A DNA stretch of 64,000 nucleotides, from contig NC_057749.1 of NCBI RefSeq assembly GCF_004010195.1, positions 20,087,663-20,151,662 of the forward strand, in the 5' to 3' direction. This document shows positions 49,401-62,200 of the stretch, piece by piece. Position numbers and translations under genes: made by a program. Source of the stretch: Chiloscyllium plagiosum. Lineage: Eukaryota. The notes under the pieces are model-generated. The model saw only the letters and a program-made list of their open reading frames with translations. It did not search any database and had not been told where the DNA came from. Every line of letters begins with the position of its first letter. The stretch's first letter is position 1.

Positions 49401-52400
49401 CTGTTTGTCATAAACTCAACAGTAATAAATGTTCCATCCATTAATACCACAGAGGTCCTGTCAGGCACTGACTGAATCTCATGCGTTTTTGGAAAGTAGT
49501 TGAAATGTCCAAAAGAAAGTCTTAGAAAAACGTTACCTTCACAAACTGAAACCACACATCTGCCCCTGTTTTAAAATTCCAAACTCCTAAATGATAAAAG
49601 CATATTTATTATAGATTTTTTTTATCAGTCAACTACTCTGTTGTTTGGACAGGAGTTCTCGGATTTTGACCCAGTGATATACGAAACGATCAGTGATATT
49701 TGCGGAGAGTTGTAAAGTGAGCTGCCTATTCTTTACCACCCACATTAGATTAGCACACAAGGTCAAATGCCAGGCCACACACACACAAACATTGCTCATT
49801 ATGATGCTTAATCACTTTGACCCATGTGCAGAGTCCTTCTGTACACCATTGGCAAATGGTAATTCCAAAATGGAGCAGGAGGAACACCTGATGTCATCCC
49901 AAATATACCAGTATTTGATTGAACTGAGTTCATCTTTGGACAAAATCCTTTGTTTGTGAGTGTAGTTCAATATTTATAATATTTAGTGAATTATCATTTG
50001 ACATTCTGACAGCATTTAATTGATCAATGCTGTCAGTGCCGTGTCAGGAATGTAAGCTGTATGTGTCAATGACTGAAATCAAATAGCACATTCCTTCAGT
50101 TGTTTGTAACAGGTAGAATACAGTCTGCACTCAGTCATACCATGCTTGCAAAACACCCCCAAAAGGAACTACCTTTAGATGCCATTCTACAACTAGGCAA
50201 GACTTGCTGAACAATTCTTAGTGTACCAAGAGCCATATTAACAACAACTAAAGATAATCAGATAATTAACTCATAGTCTGACTCATTTACAATTGCTAGA
50301 AGTGGCATCCAATTAGAAGCACGGAGCCATTCTCTGCAAGCAAAAGGAATAGGTTCAAGCCTTGCACATTTTGTGAATCACCCGGAAGTTTGAAGAGCCT
50401 GCAGTTTCATGTTTTTTTTTTATCCATGACAATGCCTCGGTCGATCAGAATTAACTTACCAACCAATCAACACCCTCCTCTGTAATAAATAGTTGCAATG
50501 GTTTGAAATTTGGCATTCTTGCATTTGTCCAGATGTGTTCAAGATGAAAAGCTTTAGCAACTTATCTCTCCGTCCAGATCATATTGAATGAGCCAATTAC
50601 TCCTTTGCCATTGGGGTAGCCATTAACCAGTGTCCTCCTTGGATAAATCAGAGAATGCCATATGTGTCAGATGGGTATTATTCATGCCCCTGCTCAATAC
50701 ACCTCCCCAGCAATGCGACTGAGACAGAGCAACATGGTGGGACCCACATCTGTCTATGGGGTCACTCTTCCAGCTTTCATCCACCTCCCAGCCGACTATC
50801 CCACATTCCCTCTGAAATCTGAACCTCCTTCCCTCAAGACTGTTAGTCTCTGCAATATTTTATTCCATATATTCACTAAAAGGACATTTCTCTTTATTCC
50901 TTCACAGGATGTGGGTGCCACTGGCTTGGTCAATATTCATTGCCAGTTCTTAAGTGCCCTTGAGAAGGTGGTAGGAAGTTACCATCTTGAAGCGCTGCAG
51001 CTTAATGGGGTGGGGTAGGTAGACCCACAATGCCATTGGGGAGGAAATTCCAGGATTTTAACTCAGCAACACTGAAGGAACAGCAATGTGTTTCCAAATC
51101 AGGATGGTGAGTGTCTTGGAGGGGACATTGCAGCTGGTCGCGTTCCCATGTATCTGCTGCCCTTGTCCTTCTGGATGGTAGAGGCTGTGTTCAGAAGGTA
51201 CTTGTTGTATTCCTGCAGTGTATCTTACAGATGGTACCCACTGCTGCTTCTGTGCATTGGTGGTGGAGGGAGTGGATGTTTATGTTAGTGGATGTATAGA
51301 GTCATAGGGTTTCACAGCACAGAAAGAGGCCCTTCAGCCCATCGTGACTCTCATTAAGCATCTATCCAGCATTTGGCCAGTGGCCTTAGAGTCATGGAAA
51401 CAGATCCCTCTTCTGAAACCTATCAAGCTTAATAATATCCTTCCTATAACAGGGTGACAGAAACTGGGCACAGTGCTCCAGAAGAGGCCTCACCAACATC
51501 CTGTACAACCTCAACATGATGACCCAACTCCTATGCTATTGTGTTTCAAGTGCTCATCTAAATATTTCTTGAATGTTGTGATTGTTCTCCCTACTGCCCT
51601 ATTGGGCAATAAGTAACATATACCCCCCCCCCGCTTTCCTTAAATCCATTCTAATCTTCTGCTCTTTACTGTAACCTATGCCCCTAGTTATTGATCCCTT
51701 TCCTAAGGAGAACAATTTTTCCTATCCATCCTATCTACGGCTCTCATCATTTCGCACACAATAAAAGCATTTTCAGCATGCATTCATAAAAATGTCAATG
51801 CATATATAAAACGGCTAAGCGTTAAATTTTTAACCAATGATGAACTGAACCAAATACATGTCCAAAATACATCCCGCGTGTAGTCGAGTTTCGGACATTT
51901 GCTGGCTGAATGATTTCCCGGTCCTCAACGTTATTCCGACCTCAAGATTAGGAGCCAACCTGCCTCTGGAAGAAGATCAAATTATTACTGTTCTGCAATT
52001 CTAAAAAAAAAATCACTTTGCATTTCTTATGTCAGCAGTGTAGTGGTGCAGGGATGAGTGATGTTCCATTGGCAGGTGAAGTACAATTCTGTGTGGGTTT
52101 GTGTTAGCATGTGGGCTGGATACAATGTGAAACACTGTTCAATGATCTTGTACTCAGCGATGATTTTACTTTTGATTTCCTACCACTGGCTGTTGTTTTC
52201 TGAGGTTGCATTAGAACACTGACACACACACTGCGCTGCCTACCTGAAATTATTCAGTCGTGATTACCCAAAGCAGAGCAGCAAAATGCTTTTGCTTTAT
52301 TCGAAAGGGAAGTGATTGTGATATTTTCGATCGTGATTGCTTCGATTAGACAGTGTAGGTGTAGAGTGGTTTCAAAAGTAATTTAATCTAAGGTGATGGA

Positions 52401-54603
52401 TTTGATTCTTGTCAGCAATGCTGATAAATGCACAAAATAGAATCCGGTAAACCCCAGATGGTATTTTGTGACCAATTTTCCAATGTTCAGAAAATAATCT
52501 TAATGCTAGGAAAGGACGCCTGACCTGTAGTTGTTTTCCATTAACAATCTGGTTTGCTAATGTCCTTTATGGAAGGAATTCTGCCATTCTGTGCCTGGTC
52601 TGGTCTACATGTGACTCCAGACCTATAGCAATGTGGTTGACACTTAACCACCCTCAGAAATGGCCCAGCAAGCCACATAGTTTCAGGGCAATTAGGAATG
52701 GGCAATAAATGCTGGTCTTGTCAGTGGCCCCCACATTCCATGAAAGAGTTTTTTTTTAATCGCTGAAGAGGTTTTGAGAAATGTGAAGGAAAAGGATGTT
52801 TTCAGCTTTATTCTCAGCAACACCCGGGGTTAGGGGAGGGGTGGTCAGCAAGTTGTATGTGAATAGCAGTCTTAATTGCTAACTTTGTACTGTACAGAGT
52901 AAAACACAACAGGAATGCAACATGGGCATCCTGTAAATAGGTGAACTTTGTTCCTTTGGGGAGAAAATACAAATACTTGAAAACACGTTTCAACAATTTC
53001 TTCACCGCTGTTATCAGACTTATGAACGGAACTGTCCTATATTTGAATTAATCTTTATCTGCACCTTTTCTGAAGCTGTAGCACTATATTGCATTCTGTT
53101 CTCTTACCCTGGTGTACTTATGTAAGGTATGATTTGTCTGGTTAGCACGCAAAACAATACTTTTCACTGTATCTCAGTACATGACAATAATAAATCAAAT
53201 CAAGTCAAATATTCAATTTGCCCTCATATTTATCCAAGTGACCACTTTGTTTTATCATGAATTATTGTTTCCTAAAGCTTTCCCACCAATGATGTCAAAC
53301 TGACTAACATGGACTTACTGATATAAAACAGTCAGGCTTTTTTTGAGCAAATGTGTGTCATTAGGAATTTTCCAGATGAGTGGAAGATCATGGTCAATAA
53401 TTCTTACCTTTACCATAAGTATTCTTCCTTGCATACATCTGGTGACTTAAGCACAGTCAACACAACCATTATCTCACTTCCATGAATTGTTACCACACTC
53501 TGTGCCTCAGCTACCTGCAATTTCACTGTGACCCGAGCAGCTTTTTCTTTCTTTTAAAAACAAACGCAAAGAACTCATTCATTAGGCCACTTCTGGAGTA
53601 CTGTGTACAGTTCTGGTCGCCCTGCTGTAGGAAGGATAATATTTTTTGGAGGGGGTTCAGAAACGATTTACCATGATGCTGCTGGGATTGAAGGGTTCGA
53701 GTTATAAGGAAAGGCTGGGACTTTTTTCCCTGGTGCGTAGGAGGTTGAGGGGTGATCTTAAAGAGGATCATAAAATCATGAGGGGCATATATAAGGTGAA
53801 TAGCCAAAGTGTTTTCCCTAGGGTAGGGGAGTTCAAAATTAGAGGGCATACTTTAAGGTGGGAGGAGAAAGATTTAAAAGGGACCTGAGGGGCAACCTTT
53901 TCACACAGAGGGTGGTTTGTATCGAACTGCCAGAGGAAGTGGGTGATACCGGTACAGTTACAACATTTAAAAGACATTTGGATAGATACATGAATTGGAA
54001 AGGTTTAGAAGGATATGGGCCAAACGCAGGCAAGTGGCACTAGTTTTAGTTTGGGAGACTTTGTTCGCATGGATAAGTTGGACAGAAGAGTCTGTTTTTG
54101 TGCTGTACACTTCTATGTCTCCATGTTTATTACCTCAGCCATGCTCTCTCCCACCATGTACAAAACAGAAACTAGGAACAGGAGAAAACCATTCGGCACT
54201 TTGGGTCCACTCCTTCACTCAATATGATTATGGCGTTTCCCATACCTCATCGCCATGTTTCTGCTTTCCCACATACCCCTTGACACCTTTAAAATCTAAA
54301 ATCTAAAAGTGTAACAATCTCTTTCTTGAATACATTCAGTGACTTAGCCCCCACAGCCTTCTGAGTGAATGAATTCCACAGGTTGTCCACCCACTCCAGT
54401 CCTAAATGGTCGCCCTCATATCCTGAGATTGTGACCCCTGGTTCTAACCAGGAGAAACATCCTTCCTGATCAAGTCTGTCTAGTCCTGTTAGAATTGTAC
54501 ACATTTCATTCAGATCCTCTTTTACACTTCTACACTCTTGTGAATACGGACCCTTATGAACCAACTTTTCCTCATATGACAGCCCTGCTATCCCTGGTAC
54601 CAG

Positions 54604-54802
54604 GAGGGAAAAAGTGAGGACTGCAGATACTGGAGATCAGAGTCGAGAGTGTGGTGCTGGAAAAGCACAGCTGGTCAGGCAGCATCCGAGGAGCAGAAGA
54701 ATCGATATTTCTGATGAAGGGCTTATGGCTGAAACATTGATTCTCCTGCTCCTCAGGTGCTGTCTGACCCGCTGTGCTTTTCCAGCGGCACACTCTTGAC
54801 TC
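54604..54802. mobile_element. Palindromic PLE mini-element with a central hammerhead motif
   Basis: Inverted arms around CTGATGAAGGGCTTATGGCTGAAAC; TSD CTATCCCTGGTA(C/T)CAG at 54588-54603 and 54803-54818. Confidence 0.8.
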
Positions 54803-57800
54803 CTATCCCTGGTATCAGACTAGTGAACCTTTGTTGCACTTCTTCAATGGCAAGTATATCTCCTGGGAGATAACGAGACAGGAGTTGATCACAATACGCC
54901 AGGGATGTGGTATCATCATGTCTCTGTATAACCGCAGTAAGACATTCTTACTCTTGAATTAAAATCCTTTTGCAATGAATGTCACCTTATCATTTGTCTT
55001 TCTAACTGCTTGCCGCGCCTGCTCTGCTGACTGTAACCAACTGGTGTACAAGGACACCCAGATCCCTTTGGACATCCCAAACTTTCCAATATATCTCCCT
55101 TTAAGTAAAACTGTGCCTTTTTGATTTTCACACTGAAAGCGCATTTCCTTTATTACTCTGGGATGCAAATTATCAGGCCCTAGGTATTTGTCAGCTTTTG
55201 ATGCCATTAATTTCTCTCAGTAAATCCTCTTTAATGTGCTTAATCAATCCCACCCCTCCTTTTACTCCTATTTTCCTATTTATTTGCCTGCAGAAAACAT
55301 TTGCATCCCCTTTTATATTAAAACATAAAAACTAGGATCAGGAATAGGACATTCAGCCCCTGGACCCTGCTCTGCCATTTAGTATGATCATGGCTGATCT
55401 CATCTTGGCCTCAACCATACTTTCCTGCCTGCCCTCTGGAACCTTTAACCCTGTCACTAATTAAACATCTGTCTACCTTGTCCTTAGATTTATTCATTAT
55501 TCCAGCCTCCACCATTGAATTCCACTGATTCATGACTCTTTTAGAGAAGTAGCTGCCTGTCTCTTCTCATGTTTTCTCTTTGTTTCCCTTATTTGTATTT
55601 TCACTTCCCTTCTAAGTCTTCCATTATTCAACCTGGGTCCCATCTGCATTGTCCACCTGATATCCACCCTTAGACCTCATCTTGGTTTGAAATGTGTCCA
55701 GAACTTTGATTATTCTCTTGAAGTTCAGTGCAGCTATTTATTTGGCTGTTTCGATGTCTTGACAGATGACAATATGCTGTCTTCAAATGCTTTAATATAC
55801 CCTGCACAGGAGGATTTGTTGGCACCATTGTTCAATGGAATCATGTGAATTCTTGGCTATCTTTCAAGAAATACTACTCAGCAGGGATTTTGATACAGCT
55901 GTCAATGGGAAGATGAGTTTGTTTATTTTGTTTAGAGGATAATTTTTTTTAAACATTAAGTGATGTATTTCCTTTTATAGATTTATGATCTTCTCAAAGA
56001 CATTCCAATGTTATTACAAAGCTTCTGAATACTGGTCGTATTAGAGTGGGTTATGGAGAGTGAGGATGATGTGGTGGCTGTAGGATTGTTACAGCATCAT
56101 ATATTCAACCTCAGAACTGGGCCGATGTATGGGCAAATGTAGACAGGCCTTTTAACCTGGTTTCCTTGGTAATGATTGTCTCTGTTTCTGCTTCAGTCCC
56201 GACTCCAATTTGTTCCTGTGGCATTAATATGGTTGAGCACTGCCAGTCAGAAGGTAGAAAATGTACAGATTCCAGTCCTTTATCTCTCTTTTCATGAAGA
56301 AAATTCTGCAATTGTTTGTCCTACTTTTCCTCCTGTAGGCTGTATGCATGTTCTCACTGTACCTCAACCATCTCTTGTTTAAAACTGGCTGTTGTTCTGT
56401 TAGCATTTTACCAGCCAATTTCAATTGTGGTTTCAATTTGCCTGGGCCAGATCCATTCTCACTATATGAAAGTTGATCTAGTTGATCTAATGGATGGCTC
56501 CTTTATTTTTATTCTTGATGAGTTGTGGATTGTTGTCCATGCTTGGTTGCCTCTGAGTGGATTGGCTTTCTAGGCCATTTCGGGGATAGTTAAGAGTCAA
56601 CCTCATTGTTGTGGGTCTGGAGTCACATGTAAGCCAGTCTCAGTAAGGATGTTGGAATTTCCTGCCGAAAGGATGTTCTCTGTAGTCAAATAAAACCTAA
56701 CAATATTATGATCACTCTTCCTTACATATTCCCTTACTGTCAACCCCTTTAGTACATTTCATTTCCCAGAATTGATCCAATAATCTTTCCTTTCCATTGA
56801 CATACCATTGTAGAAAATTATCCTAAATTCACTCTGAAAACACTTGGCAATCTCCATCCTTCACGCTATTCTGATCTCAATCTATATTAAGATAATTGAA
56901 GTTCTTCTGTTATATCTATTCTGTAATTATTGCACTTCCCTGTAATTTCCTTGCTAATGGGTTCCGCTACAAGTTTTCCAATATGGGTGGCTTATTGAAT
57001 ACACCCAGCAGTATAGCAATGCCTGTAATGTTTCTTAACTCTTCCCAAACAGATTCTGGTCTTGGCCATTGTGGAACATCTCTTAATTCCTTAGTCCAGA
57101 ATTCCTTAGTCAATACTTCCACCCTCCACCCCCTCCTTTTTAGCCTTCCCTATATTTCCTTAATGTTATCTATCCAGAAATATTTAATATCGTGTCACAG
57201 AGTCATGGAGTCTTGTGCTTCTTTCAACCAGGTCTCTATCATTGCCACAACACAACTATCCTGTGCTGCTATCTGCAACTGCAGCCCCACAGTCTTATTT
57301 ACTGCACTTTGCATGCATTCCCATACCTGCTGAGTAAAGCTAATTTAAATCTTATTTCATTCCATCTTATTCTGACTTCACTAATTATGTTACAATTTTG
57401 TACTCTCATACTATCTATTTTTCTCTAGGTTCTCCTTTCAAATATTACGTCCTGGTTCTCATGCACCTGTCACAGCAAATACCCATTGGTGCTGACTCTG
57501 TTCAGGTGCAACACAGCCAGGCTGTACAGCATTCATCTCTCCTAGAATTAGTCCCAATGTTGCAAGAAACTGAAGCCCTCTCTCCTGCATTATCTCTGCA
57601 GCCACACATTCATCTGCTCTTTATTTCTTATTCTATACATGTGACTGGGAGAAATCCTTTGAGATCCTGCTTGCTGGTTCTTTCCTACCTCCCTCAACTC
57701 TGCTGAATTGGGATAATTTGATATATTTTCAATGGATCAAGGTGTCACGAGCAAGGTCAACTTTTGTTGTCTATCCCTCATTGTTCTGTAATTAATTTTC

Positions 57801-59008
57801 ACTCCAGGGCATTTTATAGAGCAGTTATGAGGCGACTACATTGCTGTGGGTCAGGAATCACATCAGATCAGAATGGCAGATTTCCCTCCCTAAAGATATT
57901 GGTAAACTGGATGGCTTTTTATGACAATCAACACATGCTAGCCATCAGCTTTGGTGGGAATTTCTTTTAATTCCTTTGCAGAATGATGGCCAGCATTTAT
58001 TGCCCATCCCTAATCACCCTTGAGAAGGAGGTGGTGAGCTGCCTTCTTAAACCCCTGCTGTGGGTTAACCCACAAAGCCGTTAGGGAGGGAATTCCAGGA
58101 TTTTGACCCAGTGACACGTCAGAGTGGCTTGAAGGGGATAGTGTTCCCACATATTGGCTGACATGATAGTCCTCAACTTCAATTTCCTACCTTTTACCCA
58201 TTGACTATTGATTCTCTTAATGATTATAAAGCCATACGATGTAAAACAATAGCCTGGGCTAATGGATGACTAGTGTAGTTATAGAGGCAGCATGATAGCA
58301 CTGATGGCTCATAGTAGCAGAACCCAGGTTTGATTCCACCCACAGTCAACTGTCTGTGTGCAGTTTGCACATTCCCCTGTGTCTAAGTGGGTTACCTCCA
58401 GGTGCTTCGATTTCCTCCCACAATCCAAAGATGTGCAGGCAAGGTGGGTTAGCCATGAGAAATACAGGGTTACAGGGATGGGGTGAGTCTGGGTAGGAGG
58501 CTCTTTGGAGGGTCGGTGAGGACTTAATGGCTTGCTTCCACACTGTAGGGATTCTATGATGATTAAGAGGACAAGAGCACCTTCCCATATTGAAATATCA
58601 ATATATAAGGTGGAAAGTTGGGTAAATAGAGGTACAGATCAGCCCTGGTCTAATCGGGTGATGAAATGGGTTGCAAGAGGTTGTTTTCGTTTATGGTGTG
58701 AATGATCCAAATGTTTGGGCAGCAAAAGGATGGATCTTTGGCAAATGCAGAGATTGGGAGGGGATGGGGGTGTCAATTCAGTTAGATTGAGAAAAAGTGC
58801 GGGGAGTTGATATTGAACAAAAGGAATCTGGCTCTTGGGACCCATAGGAAGTCATTGGGTCCACTGCATATTTAATAATAATTTTGAAAAAGTGAAGAAT
58901 ATTTGTTCATCTTGATGCTGTGAGTTGGAAATGCAGAGTTTGAGCCCCAGGTTAACCAGGGCCCACTGGTTCCAGTTCCAAGAGCAAGGCCTCTATGGGG
59001 CCATGTGC

Positions 59009-59232
59009 TGACCTGTGACCTCACAGCGCCCCGCCCACACTGGGGTCACAGACCCGGAAGCGATTGCGGTCGGGCTTCCGGTTTCGCTCCTGGAGCTTTT
59101 CCTTGTCTTTCGGAGGAGGAGGAGGGGAAAAAAAATCCCAGGAAACAATCTCAGAGAAAAACCCGGGACACCGGAGAGAAACGGCGGCACCGAGCGGAGC
59201 CAGAGCCAGAGCCGGCCCGACACCCGGTGAGT
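59009..59232 (+). promoter_or_regulatory. CpG-rich promoter and probable non-coding first exon of an unidentified gene
   Basis: Local CpG enrichment, DR1 TGACCTGTGACCT (59009-59021), opposed ETS cores CCGGAAG (59054) and CTTCCGG (59075), strong donor CG|GTGAGT at 59226/59227, and no ATG in the exon. Confidence 0.65.
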
Positions 59233-62200
59233 GTCCCCGGCCCGGGGAGGGGCAGAGGGAGGGAATGAATGGGGCAGAGACAAAAAGAGTTGGGGGAGAG
59301 AAAAAGAGAGAGAGAGAGAGGGAGGGAGGGATACGGAGGTAGCAAGGGAGAGGATGGGGAGAGAAGGGAAAGTATGGNNNNNNNNNNNNNNNNNNNNNNN
59401 NNNNNNNNNNNNNNNNNNNNNNNNNNNNNNNNNNNNNNNNNNNNNNNNNNNNNNNNNNNNNNNNNNNNNNNNNNNNNNNNNNNNNNNNNNNNNNNNNNNN
59501 NNNNNNNNNNNNNNNNNNNNNNNNNNNNNNNNNNNNNNNNNNNNNNNNNNNNNNNNNNNNNNNNNNNNNNNNNNNNNNNNNNNNNNNNNNNNNNNNNNNN
59601 NNNNNNNNNNNNNNNNNNNNNNNNNNNNNNNNNNNNNNNNNNNNNNNNNNNNNNNNNNNNNNNNNNNNNNNNNNNNNNNNNNNNNNNNNNNNNNNNNNNN
59701 NNNNNNNNNNNNNNNNNNNNNNNNNNNNNNNNNNNNNNNNNNNNNNNNNNNNNNNNNNNNNNNNNNNNNNNNNNNNNNNNNNNNNNNNNNNNNNNNNNNN
59801 NNNNNNNNNNNNNNNNNNNNNNNNNNNNNNNNNNNNNNNNNNNNNNNNNNNNNNNNNNNNNNNNNNNNNNNNNNNNNNNNNNNNNNNNNNNNNNNNNNNN
59901 NNNNNNNNNNNNNNNNNNNNNNNNNNNNNNNNNNNNNNNNNNNNNNNNNNNNNNNNNNNNNNNNNNNNNNNNNNNNNNNNNNNNNNNNNNNNNNNNNNNN
60001 NNNNNNNNNNNNNNNNNNNNNNNNNNNNNNNNNNNNNNNNNNNNNNNNNNNNNNNNNNNNNNNNNNNNNNNNNNNNNNNNNNNNNNNNNNNNNNNNNNNN
60101 NNNNNNNNNNNNNNNNNNNNNNNNNNNNNNNNNNNNNNNNNNNNNNNNNNNNNNNNNNNNNNNNNNNNNNNNNNNNNNNNNNNNNNNNNNNNNNNNNNNN
60201 NNNNNNNNNNNNNNNNNNNNNNNNNNNNNNNNNNNNNNNNNNNNNNNNNNNNNNNNNNNNNNNNNNNNNNNNNNNNNNNNNNNNNGTGGCGAGGAGAGGG
60301 GGAGTGAGCATACGGGGAGTAGGTGACGAGAAGAGGGGTGTGAGGAAAAAGTGATCCAGGTGGTGGTATTGCTTGGGTCTGAAATATTGCAATGTAGCTT
60401 CTATTAATTGTCTCCTTTGGCGTTTTCATGCTTTCTGTTCTGTGAAACCTATTTTTCAAGGTACTGTTTTTGGATTTGAAGTGCAATTTGGATAGGAAAC
60501 TTCAGGTAGGGAATATGAAGTAAGTTAAGTGTTAAGATTGGAAATGAGTGATTTGAAAGAGCTGGCAGTGCGCGGGCACAAAGATAAAAGCTGGCTTAGG
60601 TAGGTTGGTTGAGTCAGTGGTAGTCGGGTGAAGAATGCCAGTATAGATGATGATGGAAAAGTTGACTCAGATCAGAGCCAAGTATTGGCTGCCAAATGTG
60701 GGAGCAGGTGGCATGCTGATTGAGAGGGGGAGCGTGGGAATAGGACTGGAAGGAGGTTAAAAATATGAGTTGAACGACTGAGGGAAGAATTACAGTCAGC
60801 AGAAATAAACTGCAGTGGTGATTCAGCTCAGTATTGGATATCTTGTTACGTTTTTTACTATCAAGTTCACTGCTTGAGAAATTTAATCTCTTTTTAAGTT
60901 AATTTTTAAAGCTGTGAATTGGGAAATGGAGGAAAATATCGACTTGCCAACTGGGTGAAGGTGGAGCACACGTCTATATTAATATTTTGGTTATTAATTC
61001 TGAGAAGCTCCTTTGCCTTGGAAGTACTGGTATTATGTTTGTGTGGGGGTGGGGGTGATGGGGTGGCAGGTTGGCTTCATGAGGGGGGAACAGGTGGCAG
61101 AAGGACTGGCATTTTTTCTGAGTGGTAGCACTCGACCTGACAATGTCCATCCTCCAGCCCTCTGCCAGGGTGAAGCTATTATTTATTCCTTCAGCCTTGC
61201 CCCGATGGAAGGCAAAGCCATTGTATTAAAGTATTTGAAATGGCCGGATTTATTAAATTATGGTTTTTGTTCATGGGGAAGCTAAGTAAGCAGATGTGGG
61301 AGAAAGTGATTTGAGGTTCTGTTGAGACTGAGGAAAAGGGGAGGCAGAAGGCTTGTTGGAGCATACCACCAGCATGGGCGGTGGGGCCAAATGGTCCCTG
61401 GTGTTGTAAAGAGTGCAGTTTTCTCAAATGGAAAGTGTAGGTGTGAGTTAAAACATGAGGGACAACTGTTTTTATATAGAGGTGGTTCATATGTGGAATG
61501 GACTGCCATAGAAAGTGGTGGATGTGGGTACAGTTACAACATTTAAAAGGCCTTTGGATAAGTGCATGAATAGGAAAGGTTTGAATGGATATGGGCCAAA
61601 CACAGTCAAGTGGGACTAGTTTAGTTTAATTTGGAAACAATGTTGGTGTGGACTTTTTGGTCTGAAGAGTCTGCTTCCGTTCTGAATGACTCTGGAGTCT
61701 TCAGCTGTGTTATTGTTGCCAATAATGTTCCTGGTGAATGGTTTTCAATATCTGTTATTTTGAGTTCTGGTGATCTATTGAAACTGAAGCAGTTAATGTA
61801 AACTATTAGAATTGACTGATTACTGAGAATGCAGTTCTCTCTCACCTTTTGGATCCTGTGTCCCTCATGAATCACTATGCCAGTACTGAGTTGCATCCAT
61901 AATATCAGCTCCAGCATTGGCTTAGTAATCCTGGTAATTATGCCAGGGTATTCAGTTTTATTTTAAAATAGTAAGCCTGGCTGTCACTCCTCTTGCCTGC
62001 CTTAGCTGGTGTCCATTCCCTTTGTTTCCTCTTCTGGCTTCATGTACTAATGGAGTACAAAGCATGACCAAAGAGGACAGGCAGAGTTAATGTGCGAATC
62101 AACCAGGCTCAAAATAACTAACTGAACAAACTCAAGCTCAGAGGGAAGTTACAACTTGAATTTATGTTGCGTCCTTTTTAAAGGAGAATAATATCCTGAG

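Noticed and set aside
51830..52330. Possible minus-strand exons in non-repetitive DNA
   Set aside because: Splice-like signals exist, but I found no recognisable open frame; cannot be supported without RNA data.
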